From Escherichia coli (GTDB taxonomy: Bacteria; Pseudomonadota; Gammaproteobacteria; Enterobacterales; Enterobacteriaceae): a stretch of 64,000 bases of DNA. Each line of letters starts with the position of its first letter. Positions within the stretch are counted from its first letter, which is position 1. This document shows positions 21,098 through 32,460 of the stretch, in pieces. Where the stretch lies: assembly GCF_029227855.1 (NCBI RefSeq), contig NZ_CP074357.1; one strand, given 5' to 3'. The notes below the pieces were generated by a model. That model had not been told where the DNA came from. It was given only the letters and a program-made list of their open reading frames with translations, and did not search any database. Both the position numbers and the translations under genes were made by a program.

Positions 21098-22727
21098 GTC
21101 AACGGTAATGAGTCAAAAGTCATTACCGTTGTCATTGTTCTCTACCACCCTATGTAGATCGAGATTGCGAAATTCAACGCTTTCTCCTGAGTCACCTGTT
21201 AACACCCGGTTTCTACGCTTTACTTCATTGGCCAGTACATCCAACGGAAAATATCGTAACGGGGTGACAATGGCAGTGAGTTGACCCACTCACTACCATC
21301 GACATTCAAATCCCGGCTTCTCTGGTAGCTATAGTGACAATGGTAATGATGTGTACCTTACTGGCATTGTCATTGTCCTCCGAGTGTGCGTTCAGCTTTG
21401 GGAGGACACCGGAACTTAATGCGGCGAGTCACGGCCATTGTGAATCTCGATTGGATTGGCGAATACGGCTTCCGGTTGGGCCAGATGTCAATGGTTATGC
21501 TTCATCCAGCTCATTACTGTAGTCATTGCCGTTCAGTTGAGCTGATGCTCCTCTCATTCTATATGGCGACAACGGTAGTGAGCCCAGAAAGTGACTACCG
21601 TTGTCATGGCCGTCCAGTAGAGCGGGTCAACCTCTTAACTCACAGGGTGACAACGGTAGTGAGCCCAGAAAGTGACTACCGTTGTCATGGCCGTCCAGTA
21701 GAGCGGGTCAACCTCTTAACTCACAGGGTGACAACGGTATTGAGCCCAGAAAGTCACTACCGTTGTCATGGCCGTCTGGTTAAGCAGATCATCCTCTCAA
21801 TTCACAGGGTGACAATGGTAGTGAGCCTATTAAGTCATTACCGTTGTCATTGCCATCCAGAAGAGCGGATGATCCTCTCAATTCATACGGCGACAATGGC
21901 AGTGAGCCCAGCAAGTCACTTCCGTTGTCATAGCCTTCCAGAAGAGCAGATGAGCCTCTTAATTAACAGGGTGACAACGGTAGTGAGCTCATTAAGTCAT
22001 TACCATTGTCATGGACGTACAGCTGAGCTGCTCATCCTCTCAATTCACACACCGACAATGGTAGTGAGCTATTAAAGTCACTACCATTGTCATATACGTC
22101 CAGTTAAGTGGACCATCCTCTCAATACACACGGTGACAACGGTAGTGAGCCATTAGAATCACTACCGTTGTCATTGCTTTTCAGGTGCACTGATAAGGCT
22201 CTCAATAGACACGACGACAATGGCAGTGAGCAATTAGAGTCACTACCGTTGTCATTGCTTTTCAGGTGCACTGATAAGGCTCTCAATAGACACGACGACA
22301 ATGGCAGTGAGCAATTAGAGTCACTACCGTTGTCATTGCTTTCAGCTGAGCTGATAAGGTACGTCATTTACACGATGACAATGGCAGTGAGCCAATCGAG
22401 TCACTACCGTTGTTAATGCCGACCAACCGAGGGAAGGGTCCGCTCAAAGAACTGAGTGACAACAGTAGTGAGATCATCCAATCACTACCATTGTCAGCTT
22501 AAACCTGTAGGACGAAGAGGCTTGTCCGATAAAATGACGACAATGGAAATGAGCCTATCCATCACTACCACTGTCATTAAAGTCCAGCGGTTCAACGTTA
22601 ATCAGTAGCTCCGGATGACAATGGTTGTGAGTCAGGCAATTCCCAAGCATTAGGTGACAGCAGCGTAACACCTCTAAGCTCACTTCTGTTGTCAGGGGTT
22701 AGGGTATTGAGTCTCTACCGTCGTCAG
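21098..22727. repeat. Tandem array of about 20 inverted-iteron units (GACAAYGGYAGTGAG-n8-CTCACTACCGTTGTC), period about 78 bp
   Basis: Read directly; the 21-bp iteron core appears as palindromic pairs separated by semi-conserved roughly 35-bp linkers. Confidence 0.85.
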
Positions 22728-22745
22728 TGTTGTGGTCAAATTTAA

Positions 22746-23986
<1,241 letters not shown>

Positions 23987-24030
23987 CCCTACCATCTGAT
24001 CGGCGTGTCCAAAAAAACTTGACCACAACA

Positions 24031-24325
24031 CAGTGTTTCTGAGACACCAGTATTGCAGATCACTACAATTGTCACTTAAATATCGACGGGGGAGTAGATG
24101 CAAGTGACTGGCTAACCAGTACCAGTTTAGATTCAAAACGATCCCATCTTTGTGGATGCGCTTGAGTAAGCTCGTATGACGATATGTCAGAGAAGTGACA
24201 ACAGGTGTGAGTTGCCGGACTCACTCCCGTTGTCATCCCCGGTTGAAGGAAGAGAATCCCCGGGGCTGTATATTTACCAAGTATCCTTACTCAAGGGGTT
24301 CGACACTCACTCCCATTGTCGTAAT
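24031..24325. repeat. Continuation of the inverted-iteron array beyond the IS3-family element
   Basis: Units at about 24040, 24205-24240 and 24295-24320 (e.g. GTGACAACAGGTGTGAGTT...ACTCACTCCCGTTGTCAT). Confidence 0.7.
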
Positions 24326-24373
24326 CAACGAGTATGCATTGTCTTTTGAAAGCATCGCTGGAAACGTACGATT

Positions 24374-24385
24374 AAAGTAACTTTT
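24374..24385. repeat. Copy of dispersed palindrome (AAAGTAACTTTT)
   Basis: Read directly. Confidence 0.55.
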
Positions 24386-24487
24386 CTTTCGGTTCTTCCT
24401 TGCGAATCTCTGAAGACGTACTGGCTGATCGGAGTCGAGGAGGGCAGTAAAATTGAAGCCGTCAGTTTTACTGTCGGCTCCGGGTAG

Positions 24488-26908
24488 TTACTTCAACTCG
24501 TCGATCTGAATCATGAATTCTGAGGTGCCAACTTTCCCATTTTCGGAAGGATAAACGGGTAACAGAAGATTATCCCCCTGGCCCATATCTATTTGCACCT
24601 CAACTGACTCGCCTGGAGCCGCCTGTGCCCCATTAAATTTAATACCGAAGGCTGCATCCTTCCGCACAGTCAGCGTTGCGTTCTGGACCCCTTTAGCAAT
24701 TTCTCCATTTGTCTTACGCAGAACGTTAGTGGACAGGTACGCAAGTGGTACGCCATCTGTCGTTTTGAGAGGTGAACTGACCGACAATGTGCGTAGATTA
24801 TGTAACTGCACAAGGTTATTCGGTAGATAACTGAACTTCTGAGTATAGGTTTTGGTATTCGACTGACTATCGGCAACTGTTACGCTAATTGAATAATTTT
24901 CAGATGGTTCGAAATTTGGGAACAGCCTCGGATACTCAGGCATGTATGTATCTTTGCCTGCCGGTGACCACGTAAGCTCAACGTTATCAGCTGTGGGGCC
25001 ACCTACGAGCTGAAGACGGGTTATCCTCGGGGTTGTCAGATTATCTGCCAGAGCGATCCTGAGGTTCTCCAGGCCGTACACTACCGTATCGTCTTTTACC
25101 GGCTTTCCGTCGAATGTTATGGCCACTGTCGGAGGAGTGTTATCCAGAGCAATTTCTCCGAAAGTTTTATTGGTCTGGTTCTGGAAGAAGTCCCTGATGT
25201 TGACCTCAACGTTGTATTTTCCTTCAGACTGACGGGATAAATCATAAGCAATCGTGTAGTTACCTGAGATACGAGATTTGATTACGCCTGTTGGTGACAT
25301 CCGGGTACCGGTGTTCTTATCGGAAAGATAAAATTCCCTCAATGAGACCGAGTCGAACCAGTTACCATCGCCTTCAAGTGACGCCAGTACATCCAGCTGC
25401 TTGTTAGTCTCGTCATATGATATCGAGTTTATTACCGGCAGTTGTTTATTGTTCCAGCGTGTCATAATCCATTGCTCAGACCGCAAAATGGGATTGCTGA
25501 TGCTGCGAACGAAGTAAAGGATTCTATTGTAGCCCTGGGTACCCAAGGCCATATCAAACGTCTCAGGCGCTTCACACGAGGTTTTTCCTGCCGGAATGGT
25601 GCAGGTCGCCTTACCGCCGATCTCCTGTGCAAAGGGCCGGGCTTCAACGTTAAAACGAAGTCGGGAAATTTTAATTGGCAGTCGTGATGAAGCCACACTC
25701 TCAAAATCCTTCCACTTAACCCAGTTCCCCTTATCATCGAGGAAATCTACCCAGGTACCCGCAAATGCAGGCGTTTGGTTTGCAGATGGGTTTAGAACGA
25801 GGCTGTATGACGGATAATACCCTCCCCACTGGCCAAAGTTCGCCATACGAGCCATATCCCCATTAATTGAGCCATAGGGAAGAGTCATTTCAACATAAGC
25901 ATAAGTGCTGTCTACAGCTATCTCTTTGGGGGCGGAATATTGATTGATGAACTGAAGCCCACCTTCTGAATAAGCACGGTAGTTAGATTTTGGGATCCGG
26001 TAGACTAATCGAATAGGGTTTTCGTTAACGACCATACCGGCTTTGTAAGCCGGATAATTAGAAACCCCGGGTACGACGCTGGAAGACGTATTTGGATCAT
26101 GAACGGCCCACAGTGTCATCTCACCCAGCGTGTTGTCGTAGCGAAATTTTTGAGTTGGCAGCGTTCGGCTATTACCTGCGTTATCGAAGATAACAACTTT
26201 TGCAGTAAAGTCTTCATCCAGGTTGCTGTCTGGTATTCCGGTTCCCTTAACTGAATTCTTAGAGTAAGTGTGGTACATCTTTTGGCCGGATACGTCATAC
26301 TGCATCTGTGTAGTGCTGTAGAGGCTACCGTCCTGCCTGTAAATATATATTAGGCCCTTATCAATACCATTTGCATCACTTACGCCCGAAGAGGTGAAGT
26401 CATACTGCCCCGTTGCCTCTAATCCAAGCTTCCACACGTCACCAGCGGTAGAGCCAGAACCAGTATTAGCGGTAAGAGCATTTGCCGCTGGAGGGGTGAC
26501 ATCAATTAGCCAGTTATAGTTATAGGTCGCTACAGGCTTCTGATTGAGATCTAACACGTTTATCTGAACGACAAATTTGCCTTCACCCAAAGCAGGCAAA
26601 GTTACTTTTTTGCCGTAGAACTCACTACCGTCAGCAGCTGTTAGTCGGTCTGATACACCCGTCCGTGTAGTCGTAGTATTAAGAATGACAGTTCCAGTGT
26701 CTTTCGTGACTTTGACATTAACGAAACGATCAAGACCTGAAATAAGTGTCAAAGTTACCGGTGATGCCGGATTAAGCATAAGACGAGAAGACGGGGCGTG
26801 GATCTCAATACCGTTCGTGTCCTTAAAGGCCGATTCATATATCTGAGCTGGGGCCTGAACAGACATACCGAGTCCGGCTACAGCAGTAATAAAAGCGAGA
26901 TGTTTCAT
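24488..26908 (-). CDS. Large secreted Ig-like-repeat protein, paralog B
   Basis: 806 aa; signal peptide; LIDVTPP and ALDNTPPTVAI motifs; conserved C-terminal block. Confidence 0.7.
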   Translation of the reverse strand: MKHLAFITAVAGLGMSVQAPAQIYESAFKDTNGIEIHAPSSRLMLNPASPVTLTLISGLDRFVNVKVTKDTGTVILNTTTTRTGVSDRLTAADGSEFYGKKVTLPALGEGKFVVQINVLDLNQKPVATYNYNWLIDVTPPAANALTANTGSGSTAGDVWKLGLEATGQYDFTSSGVSDANGIDKGLIYIYRQDGSLYSTTQMQYDVSGQKMYHTYSKNSVKGTGIPDSNLDEDFTAKVVIFDNAGNSRTLPTQKFRYDNTLGEMTLWAVHDPNTSSSVVPGVSNYPAYKAGMVVNENPIRLVYRIPKSNYRAYSEGGLQFINQYSAPKEIAVDSTYAYVEMTLPYGSINGDMARMANFGQWGGYYPSYSLVLNPSANQTPAFAGTWVDFLDDKGNWVKWKDFESVASSRLPIKISRLRFNVEARPFAQEIGGKATCTIPAGKTSCEAPETFDMALGTQGYNRILYFVRSISNPILRSEQWIMTRWNNKQLPVINSISYDETNKQLDVLASLEGDGNWFDSVSLREFYLSDKNTGTRMSPTGVIKSRISGNYTIAYDLSRQSEGKYNVEVNIRDFFQNQTNKTFGEIALDNTPPTVAITFDGKPVKDDTVVYGLENLRIALADNLTTPRITRLQLVGGPTADNVELTWSPAGKDTYMPEYPRLFPNFEPSENYSISVTVADSQSNTKTYTQKFSYLPNNLVQLHNLRTLSVSSPLKTTDGVPLAYLSTNVLRKTNGEIAKGVQNATLTVRKDAAFGIKFNGAQAAPGESVEVQIDMGQGDNLLLPVYPSENGKVGTSEFMIQIDELK

Positions 26909-27372
26909 TCTTATTCCCCTTTAGGTTTGGTGTTATTTTAAGCTTTTCCTAAAGGTCACTATGTTCGTAAAAGTATAAAAAACTTCTCCATATGGTGCTC
27001 GAAATTACAAATCTATAATTTGCCTTTCGACAAACCTTATTGTGCGTTCAGGACGTAAATCTTTCTTTTTGGAATTACATCTGACATTGCTGTGGTATCC
27101 AAACTGGCAACGATTGCAAAACTTATAACATTAGCCTGAAACTATCGGCATCCACATATCGCATTAAGTGATGCTTTTACTTTGTGTAAAAAAGAATCAG
27201 GATAAATTAGGTATGACAGATATAAATGCGTTAACGGACGGCATATATGAATCAAAACCTGGCGGTATTACGCCACCAGTCGAGAGGGGAGTGAACCTCA
27301 GTCAGTACGTCTACCTTCGTTCCGCAAGGCGCTTCTTGTTGTGAATTACAAACTGCCCTGGCGAGAACTGCA

Positions 27373-27984
27373 TCATTTCACCCCCAGCAACACACGTGCC
27401 TCTTCAACGGTTTGCCACGAAGGCATTGCTACGCCAGATTGACTGCCGTTGCCTCTGCGCTCACCGGTGTCACATTCTACATAAAGACGCATCAGCATCG
27501 CTTCTATTTCAGCGGCCCGGCTATTATCCATTACCAGTTCTGCTGCGCGTCGTAGCTGTTCTGGAATGTCATTCCACATTCCCGCACCACTTCTGTCTTT
27601 GTTAGTGAGCAAGTCTTCAATAGCAGATGAAGCCATGTTAAGCAGGTCAGCCGAAACTAAAGGCATCGGCGGGGCGGTATAGAGGATTCGACGTCTTCCG
27701 CGTCTGTCTGGATCGTATTTATCATAAAAAGCTTTGTTCACATCTTCCCAGTGCCACTGAAGTTGCCCGGTTGCGTCATGGTGGCAAAACTCGCACTGAT
27801 AAACAGGCGCAATCGACATAACTGCCTTTCCAATACGTGCCAGTACAGCAACTTCGTCAGCTCTAAGACTCATTGCTTCGCTTGGGTTACTACCCTCGGA
27901 AAATTCCAAAATTTGTTCAATACGTTCTGGTGTGAAAGTGGTCATAGGCTTTGAAAACATATTTTTTCCAGTTGTGCTTACCAT
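27373..27984 (-). CDS. Hypothetical protein
   Basis: 203 aa; last gene of a four-gene minus-strand block. Confidence 0.5.
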   Translation of the reverse strand: MVSTTGKNMFSKPMTTFTPERIEQILEFSEGSNPSEAMSLRADEVAVLARIGKAVMSIAPVYQCEFCHHDATGQLQWHWEDVNKAFYDKYDPDRRGRRRILYTAPPMPLVSADLLNMASSAIEDLLTNKDRSGAGMWNDIPEQLRRAAELVMDNSRAAEIEAMLMRLYVECDTGERRGNGSQSGVAMPSWQTVEEARVLLGVK

Positions 27985-28004
27985 ATCATCAGGCCTTAAG
28001 AGCG

Positions 28005-28268
28005 TTAGCGAATAATTAACAGGTCAGGACCAAAACTAAATCCTTCCCCCATACGGTCTTCATGACGGGAGACATATGCCTTACCGTATTTCTCCAGATC
28101 CTGTAAGCGATCTTTTGCCAGATTCCACGAGTATTCCTGGCCCCACACGGGGCCGTCACGCCCGTCAAAGCGGTCAGGTTTACAATTTGCTTTCAGAAGT
28201 GCGTAGACATGCTCCAGCGTGGGTAGCTGCAAAGCACTATTAGCCTGAGAAACGGCAGTATGCGTCAT
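28005..28268 (-). CDS. Hypothetical protein
   Basis: 87 aa. Confidence 0.45.
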   Translation of the reverse strand: MTHTAVSQANSALQLPTLEHVYALLKANCKPDRFDGRDGPVWGQEYSWNLAKDRLQDLEKYGKAYVSRHEDRMGEGFSFGPDLLIIR

Positions 28269-28361
28269 TTCTGTTCACTCTTTATTGATTTAGTCAGTTA
28301 AGCCGGTCAGGTAACTTTAACCGGCTACTCGTATTAAGATTTCTTTCCGGTTGCTTGTCAG

Positions 28362-29186
28362 TTAGCGGCGAAGATCAATTTCAAGGCGGGCTGTTTTGAC
28401 CTTTGTTCCGGACTCCCTAAATGTATCATCCGGAAGAGGCGAAATTTGTCCGCCAAGTTGTTTGACTCGCTCCCTGAGCGCTTTTGTCAGTGTGTCTTCC
28501 CGGAACAATACCCCAGCTGACAGAATGGCCTGTAAGCGACCTCGCTTAGCGAGCATTGCGATGGCATGCATGACATGTTTAACGTCAGAGCGTTTAAGGA
28601 ATGGTGGATTCATAACGATAACATCAAAAGTTTCATCGGGCTGGTACCCAAGAAAGTCGGTATGCACCAGCTCGGCCCCTGTGCTAAGGACACTATCGTT
28701 CTTCACTGCAAGGAATCGCTCATCGTTCAATTCGATCCCGGTAATCAATGCATCCGGAGCCGCCAGTTTTAAGGCTTTCAGAATGCGGCCATCACCAAAC
28801 TCAGGCTCCAGAACACGTTCCCCGGCAGCTGGTTCAGCGCGTAGAACCATATCTGTGACTAAATTCTCAGGGGTAGGGAAGAAATTGAACAAATCACGTG
28901 GGATGTCGACCGAACCTGTCAGAATGATTTGCTCGATACGCTCAGCTGCATCCGCCGTAAAAATATGTGCCTGCTCTTTTCGGTTCCATTTGCCACCGGC
29001 AGCTTCCAGCACTTTGTTTGTCTTAACATAAATGCTGCGGTCGAGCTGGTCGGCCAGGAAAAGAAAGTTCCCTTCAGCACGGCAGCGAGATAAGACGTTC
29101 AGAACTTCAGTTGAGATTTGCATTAAAACTCCATTAAGAGGATTTACCCGCCTGGCGGCAGCGGGTTGGTTACTTAAACAGGACAA
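28362..29186 (-). CDS. N6-adenine-type DNA methyltransferase (NPPF motif)
   Basis: 274 aa; LEPEFGDGRILK (motif I-like), DVIVMNPPF (motif IV); paralog of the C-terminal domain of 9561-11252. Confidence 0.78.
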   Translation of the reverse strand: MSCLSNQPAAARRVNPLNGVLMQISTEVLNVLSRCRAEGNFLFLADQLDRSIYVKTNKVLEAAGGKWNRKEQAHIFTADAAERIEQIILTGSVDIPRDLFNFFPTPENLVTDMVLRAEPAAGERVLEPEFGDGRILKALKLAAPDALITGIELNDERFLAVKNDSVLSTGAELVHTDFLGYQPDETFDVIVMNPPFLKRSDVKHVMHAIAMLAKRGRLQAILSAGVLFREDTLTKALRERVKQLGGQISPLPDDTFRESGTKVKTARLEIDLRR

Positions 29187-29203
29187 TTCAGATTTGGCCT
29201 TGG

Positions 29204-29968
29204 TTAGTCGGCAGACAACAGCAGGGATGGGCTGTTATAAGCGAAGCGGTCAACGGGAGCCTTCTCAAATCGCTGACCGCTTGCATCAGGGGTCAGAACG
29301 AGTCCGTTATGGGCGCAATGAATGTGGAGCAACATATCCCCGCCGGTGTTGATGTGTAAGGCAGGCACACCCTGATCGATTTCGAACATGACACCAAAAC
29401 AGGGGTTACCTTCCTTGTTAACAACTTCACAGTGGATGTTATGTTGGCCGGTAACGCTGACCTGATAGGCCTGACTGTCCTCTTCTCTCAGTGTTTCCTC
29501 CTCCAGGCGCCAGTCCTGAAGTGTGAGGCTAATTTCAGGGGTATCATGCTCCTTCTGAAGAGCCTGGATACCTTTACGGAACAGCTGCATCATTTCATGA
29601 GTAAGGCAGTCTTCCTCAGCTCCAAAATGTTCTTTCCAGCCTTCAGGATCTGCATACATCCAGACGTTTTTAGCGAGCGAAGGTAAGGAAGCATCAGGCT
29701 CTACAAGGAGGTGAGGGATGCTCTCTTTGATTCCGAGATAACGTACTGGCTGGCCGTTAAGCGGTAACCCATCCGGCACTGTAACTTCAGCTCCTGGCAA
29801 GACGACGCTGTTTACCAGACCTCCACAATGTTCTGCCACCACCCGGCCTAAATCTGCCATAAACATCCGATGCTTTTCTGGTGAGTCCAGCTCACCAAGG
29901 AGTTCAGGTTTAAGCAGTAAACCGGTAATAATCTCAGTCAGTTCACGAGGAGATACTAATTTATACAT
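29204..29968 (-). CDS. Hypothetical protein
   Basis: 254 aa; first gene of the minus-strand block. Confidence 0.5.
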   Translation of the reverse strand: MYKLVSPRELTEIITGLLLKPELLGELDSPEKHRMFMADLGRVVAEHCGGLVNSVVLPGAEVTVPDGLPLNGQPVRYLGIKESIPHLLVEPDASLPSLAKNVWMYADPEGWKEHFGAEEDCLTHEMMQLFRKGIQALQKEHDTPEISLTLQDWRLEEETLREEDSQAYQVSVTGQHNIHCEVVNKEGNPCFGVMFEIDQGVPALHINTGGDMLLHIHCAHNGLVLTPDASGQRFEKAPVDRFAYNSPSLLLSAD

Positions 29969-30196
29969 TTTGTTTTCCTTTTCTGTGTTGGCTTTATATT
30001 AACAATCCAGATGCACGAGCTAATAACCTCCAGACAACTTTTTCAAAAATTATATACTTAAAGCAGGGGCTAATATGCGCAAGAAATGAATTTAGGAAGG
30101 ATGGCTTCAAATTTAACTTTTTGGTTTTTTATTTTAGACGGACTTTAAAATAGCATCGCTGGTAAAATAATAAACATGGTTTATTTTTTGTTTGTA

Positions 30197-30225
30197 TTGA
30201 CAATCAAATGGGTAAAAATTAATTT
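30197..30225 (+). promoter_or_regulatory. Candidate sigma70 promoter (-35 TTGACA, weak -10)
   Basis: Perfect TTGACA at 30197-30202, TTAATT/TAATTT 16-17 bp downstream; about 65 bp upstream of ORF 30289. Confidence 0.3.
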
Positions 30226-30288
30226 ACTTACATGGCGTATATTTAATGCCACCGTCCCGGCGGCACCGGGCATAAAAGGAAAACCATC

Positions 30289-30813
30289 TTGAAACCGATG
30301 CTCAAAAAAGATTTTTTTTCAGCTATTGAAAACCTTCTCAAAGCTGGCTTTCAACCTCGCTTTTACACTGTTAACAGTGGACGAATCGGTCTCATTACAT
30401 TCACTGATAAAAATGGAACAAAACAGGTCGAACAGGTTTATTCCTGCACTTCTTTAGCCGCCAATACTTTTGGAAAGCGCTTCACCACATGGTTAGAAGA
30501 AATTTTTCAAAAGCATAATGAAAAAAAAGTAGCTGATTCCGGGATCGAGGTTGGTAGCCGTGTCTGGGATAAAATGATGTATACGGTGCGCACCATTTCA
30601 GAAATTCGTGCTGGGGGGGTGCTGGTGCTGGATAACGGTGCACAGCGTACTCTGGATGAAGTTCAAAAAACGGCTCCTGAAGCAAACCAGGTAGAGCCAA
30701 AGGAAATCTCTTCACTTAAGGAGCTGCTGAACGCTTCCAAAAATCTGGAGCCGACTTCGCCTGAACTAATTGCGGCTCTTAATGAGGCTCAGTCAACCGC
30801 CATAAAACGGTGA
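30289..30813 (+). CDS. Hypothetical protein
   Basis: 174 aa. Confidence 0.5.
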   Translation: MKPMLKKDFFSAIENLLKAGFQPRFYTVNSGRIGLITFTDKNGTKQVEQVYSCTSLAANTFGKRFTTWLEEIFQKHNEKKVADSGIEVGSRVWDKMMYTVRTISEIRAGGVLVLDNGAQRTLDEVQKTAPEANQVEPKEISSLKELLNASKNLEPTSPELIAALNEAQSTAIKR

Positions 30814-30916
30814 ATGCAACGGCAGTCTGGCACATCAGGCCTTGTCAGAGATTAGGCCTGAAAAGCACTTACGTACCGATATAACACCTAATTCCCCTTT
30901 AAGGAGATTGCCCTAA

Positions 30917-31354
30917 ATGGCGATGAATAAAAAAGAACAAGCCGCCTATGATGAGCTGGTGGCACAGGCCAGAATAAACCGCGCTTTACGCTGGTCTGAC
31001 TATAGCGTTGAACGCGATATGCCCGTACCAGAGGTCTCGGGGGAATACCAAAACGGCTGGAGCTTCAACACCGCCACTGGCACTGTTTATCCGACATGGA
31101 GCGGAACTACGGTTCACGGCACACGGGAAGAGGGAGAGGTTGTCGATGCAACCTCCCGCCGCATGCGAGGCATGAATGGTAGCCAGAACGGCATACCACA
31201 ATACAGCACCAAAGAACGCGCCCTGAAGGCATTACGCTGTTCGCTTGAAATCAAGTTTGCTATGCAGCTGGATGCCGTAGATAAAGCAATCGCAAAAGAA
31301 TTAGAGTCGTCCACCGCTCGCCGGGAGAGCGATACCTCAGATGCCAAACGGTAA
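30917..31354 (+). CDS. Hypothetical protein
   Basis: 145 aa; RBS AAGGAG. Confidence 0.5.
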   Translation: MAMNKKEQAAYDELVAQARINRALRWSDYSVERDMPVPEVSGEYQNGWSFNTATGTVYPTWSGTTVHGTREEGEVVDATSRRMRGMNGSQNGIPQYSTKERALKALRCSLEIKFAMQLDAVDKAIAKELESSTARRESDTSDAKR

Positions 31355-31598
31355 ACCATCAAATCAGGCCCGTGATCAGAGGGGCCTTAACGCCCTGAAA
31401 GAGGCGGTTCCAGCGACGGCACAACTACAGATGCGGGTTACCCCTGATCGGAAACTGCGTTACGTCAATCAGGCAAAGGCCGAAGGCCTGGGTCTAACAG
31501 ACTGGGTCCAAAAGCATATGGATAACGTGTGTGATCTGGCAGGCCAGCCCGACACAACCATGTACAAAGATGATGGAGAAACAAGTGGCCAAAAATAA
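31341..31598 (+). CDS. Hypothetical small protein; paralog of the N-terminal part of 57229-57585
   Basis: 85 aa; shared block QMR.T..RK.RYV.QA..EGL.L..W...H.D.VCD. Confidence 0.5.
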   Translation: MPNGKPSNQARDQRGLNALKEAVPATAQLQMRVTPDRKLRYVNQAKAEGLGLTDWVQKHMDNVCDLAGQPDTTMYKDDGETSGQK

Positions 31599-31805
31599 CA
31601 ACAGTCTCAAACAGCATGTCTTCAATATGCTGTCGGCTGGCAGCGAACTTAAAGAAGTGAAGCGTTTTCTCACCAGCAAGCGCCTTAAAGCCCGCCCAGC
31701 AGTGTTAATGATCCACGAACAGGCGATTGCTGTGCAGAACACTGAGTACCTGAATAAACCGGCTTATAGCTAACTGGTAACAACAATTAAAGAGAGATAT
31801 TTAAA

Positions 31806-32057
31806 ATGAGCGTAATCCCAGATTACACCAGGGTTCAGCATGTCCAGATTATTCGCGAGCGAGATGGGCAGAAGGAAGTTGTTCGAGTCTATGATGAAGA
31901 TGGCGACGTAGTTCTGTGTTTACCTGCCTACATTCAGGATGAGGAAATAAATCTTATTCTGCGCCGGTTGAATGACGTATATTCAGTCGGATATCGTGTA
32001 GGTGATGCAGCCCGCCGCCGCGCCATCAAAAAAGCGCTGGGGGATGATGAGGAGTAA
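31806..32057 (+). CDS. Hypothetical protein
   Basis: 83 aa. Confidence 0.45.
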   Translation: MSVIPDYTRVQHVQIIRERDGQKEVVRVYDEDGDVVLCLPAYIQDEEINLILRRLNDVYSVGYRVGDAARRRAIKKALGDDEE

Positions 32058-32313
32058 GGCCATTTTTACTGGCAAGATATCTGTATACCGGAGTCTTTAG
32101 AGTACGTTCTGATGGCTCCGGATTATTAATACTGTTTCACTCATGCAATAAAAAGCTAACCGAAATTCTTTCGCTAATTCAGTTTTAAATGCTCTAATCA
32201 TTAAATGTAATGAGCTTTATTTATCAATAGGCATGGCGTTTTTAATGGCTATTAAGCTAGTTCTGCTTTCGCTTGCTTCTGGAAATTGGGAAAACCTAAT
32301 TTTAACCCTATCA

Positions 32314-32326
32314 AAAAGTAACTTTT
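32314..32326. repeat. Copy of dispersed 13-bp palindrome (AAAAGTAACTTTT)
   Basis: 147 bp upstream of the likely start 32461. Confidence 0.6.
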
Positions 32327-32460
32327 CTTGTATTTTTGCATTTACGTAAACAAAACAAGTCCCGCCGGGCAGAAAAGAAAAACATTAAAATTAGCTATTT
32401 TCCCGAAAAGATCTCGAACACTGAAAAAGTATCATGGGGAACCTGATCAGGAGACAACCC

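Noticed and set aside
21334-22416. Long ORFs (62-229 aa) on both strands across 21.3-22.4 kb
   Set aside because: They are translations of the tandem inverted-iteron array, with repetitive peptide sequence mirroring the DNA repeat and no RBS logic; treated as non-coding.
21098-22727. Possible CRISPR array, given regular repeats with intervening segments
   Set aside because: The repeat units are palindromic pairs of the replicon's own iteron, the intervening segments are themselves semi-conserved rather than unique spacers, and no cas genes are present.
28396-29031. 211-aa plus-strand ORF
   Set aside because: It is antisense to the well-supported NPPF methyltransferase gene 28362-29186 and has Ser/Arg-rich low-complexity composition; judged an artefact.
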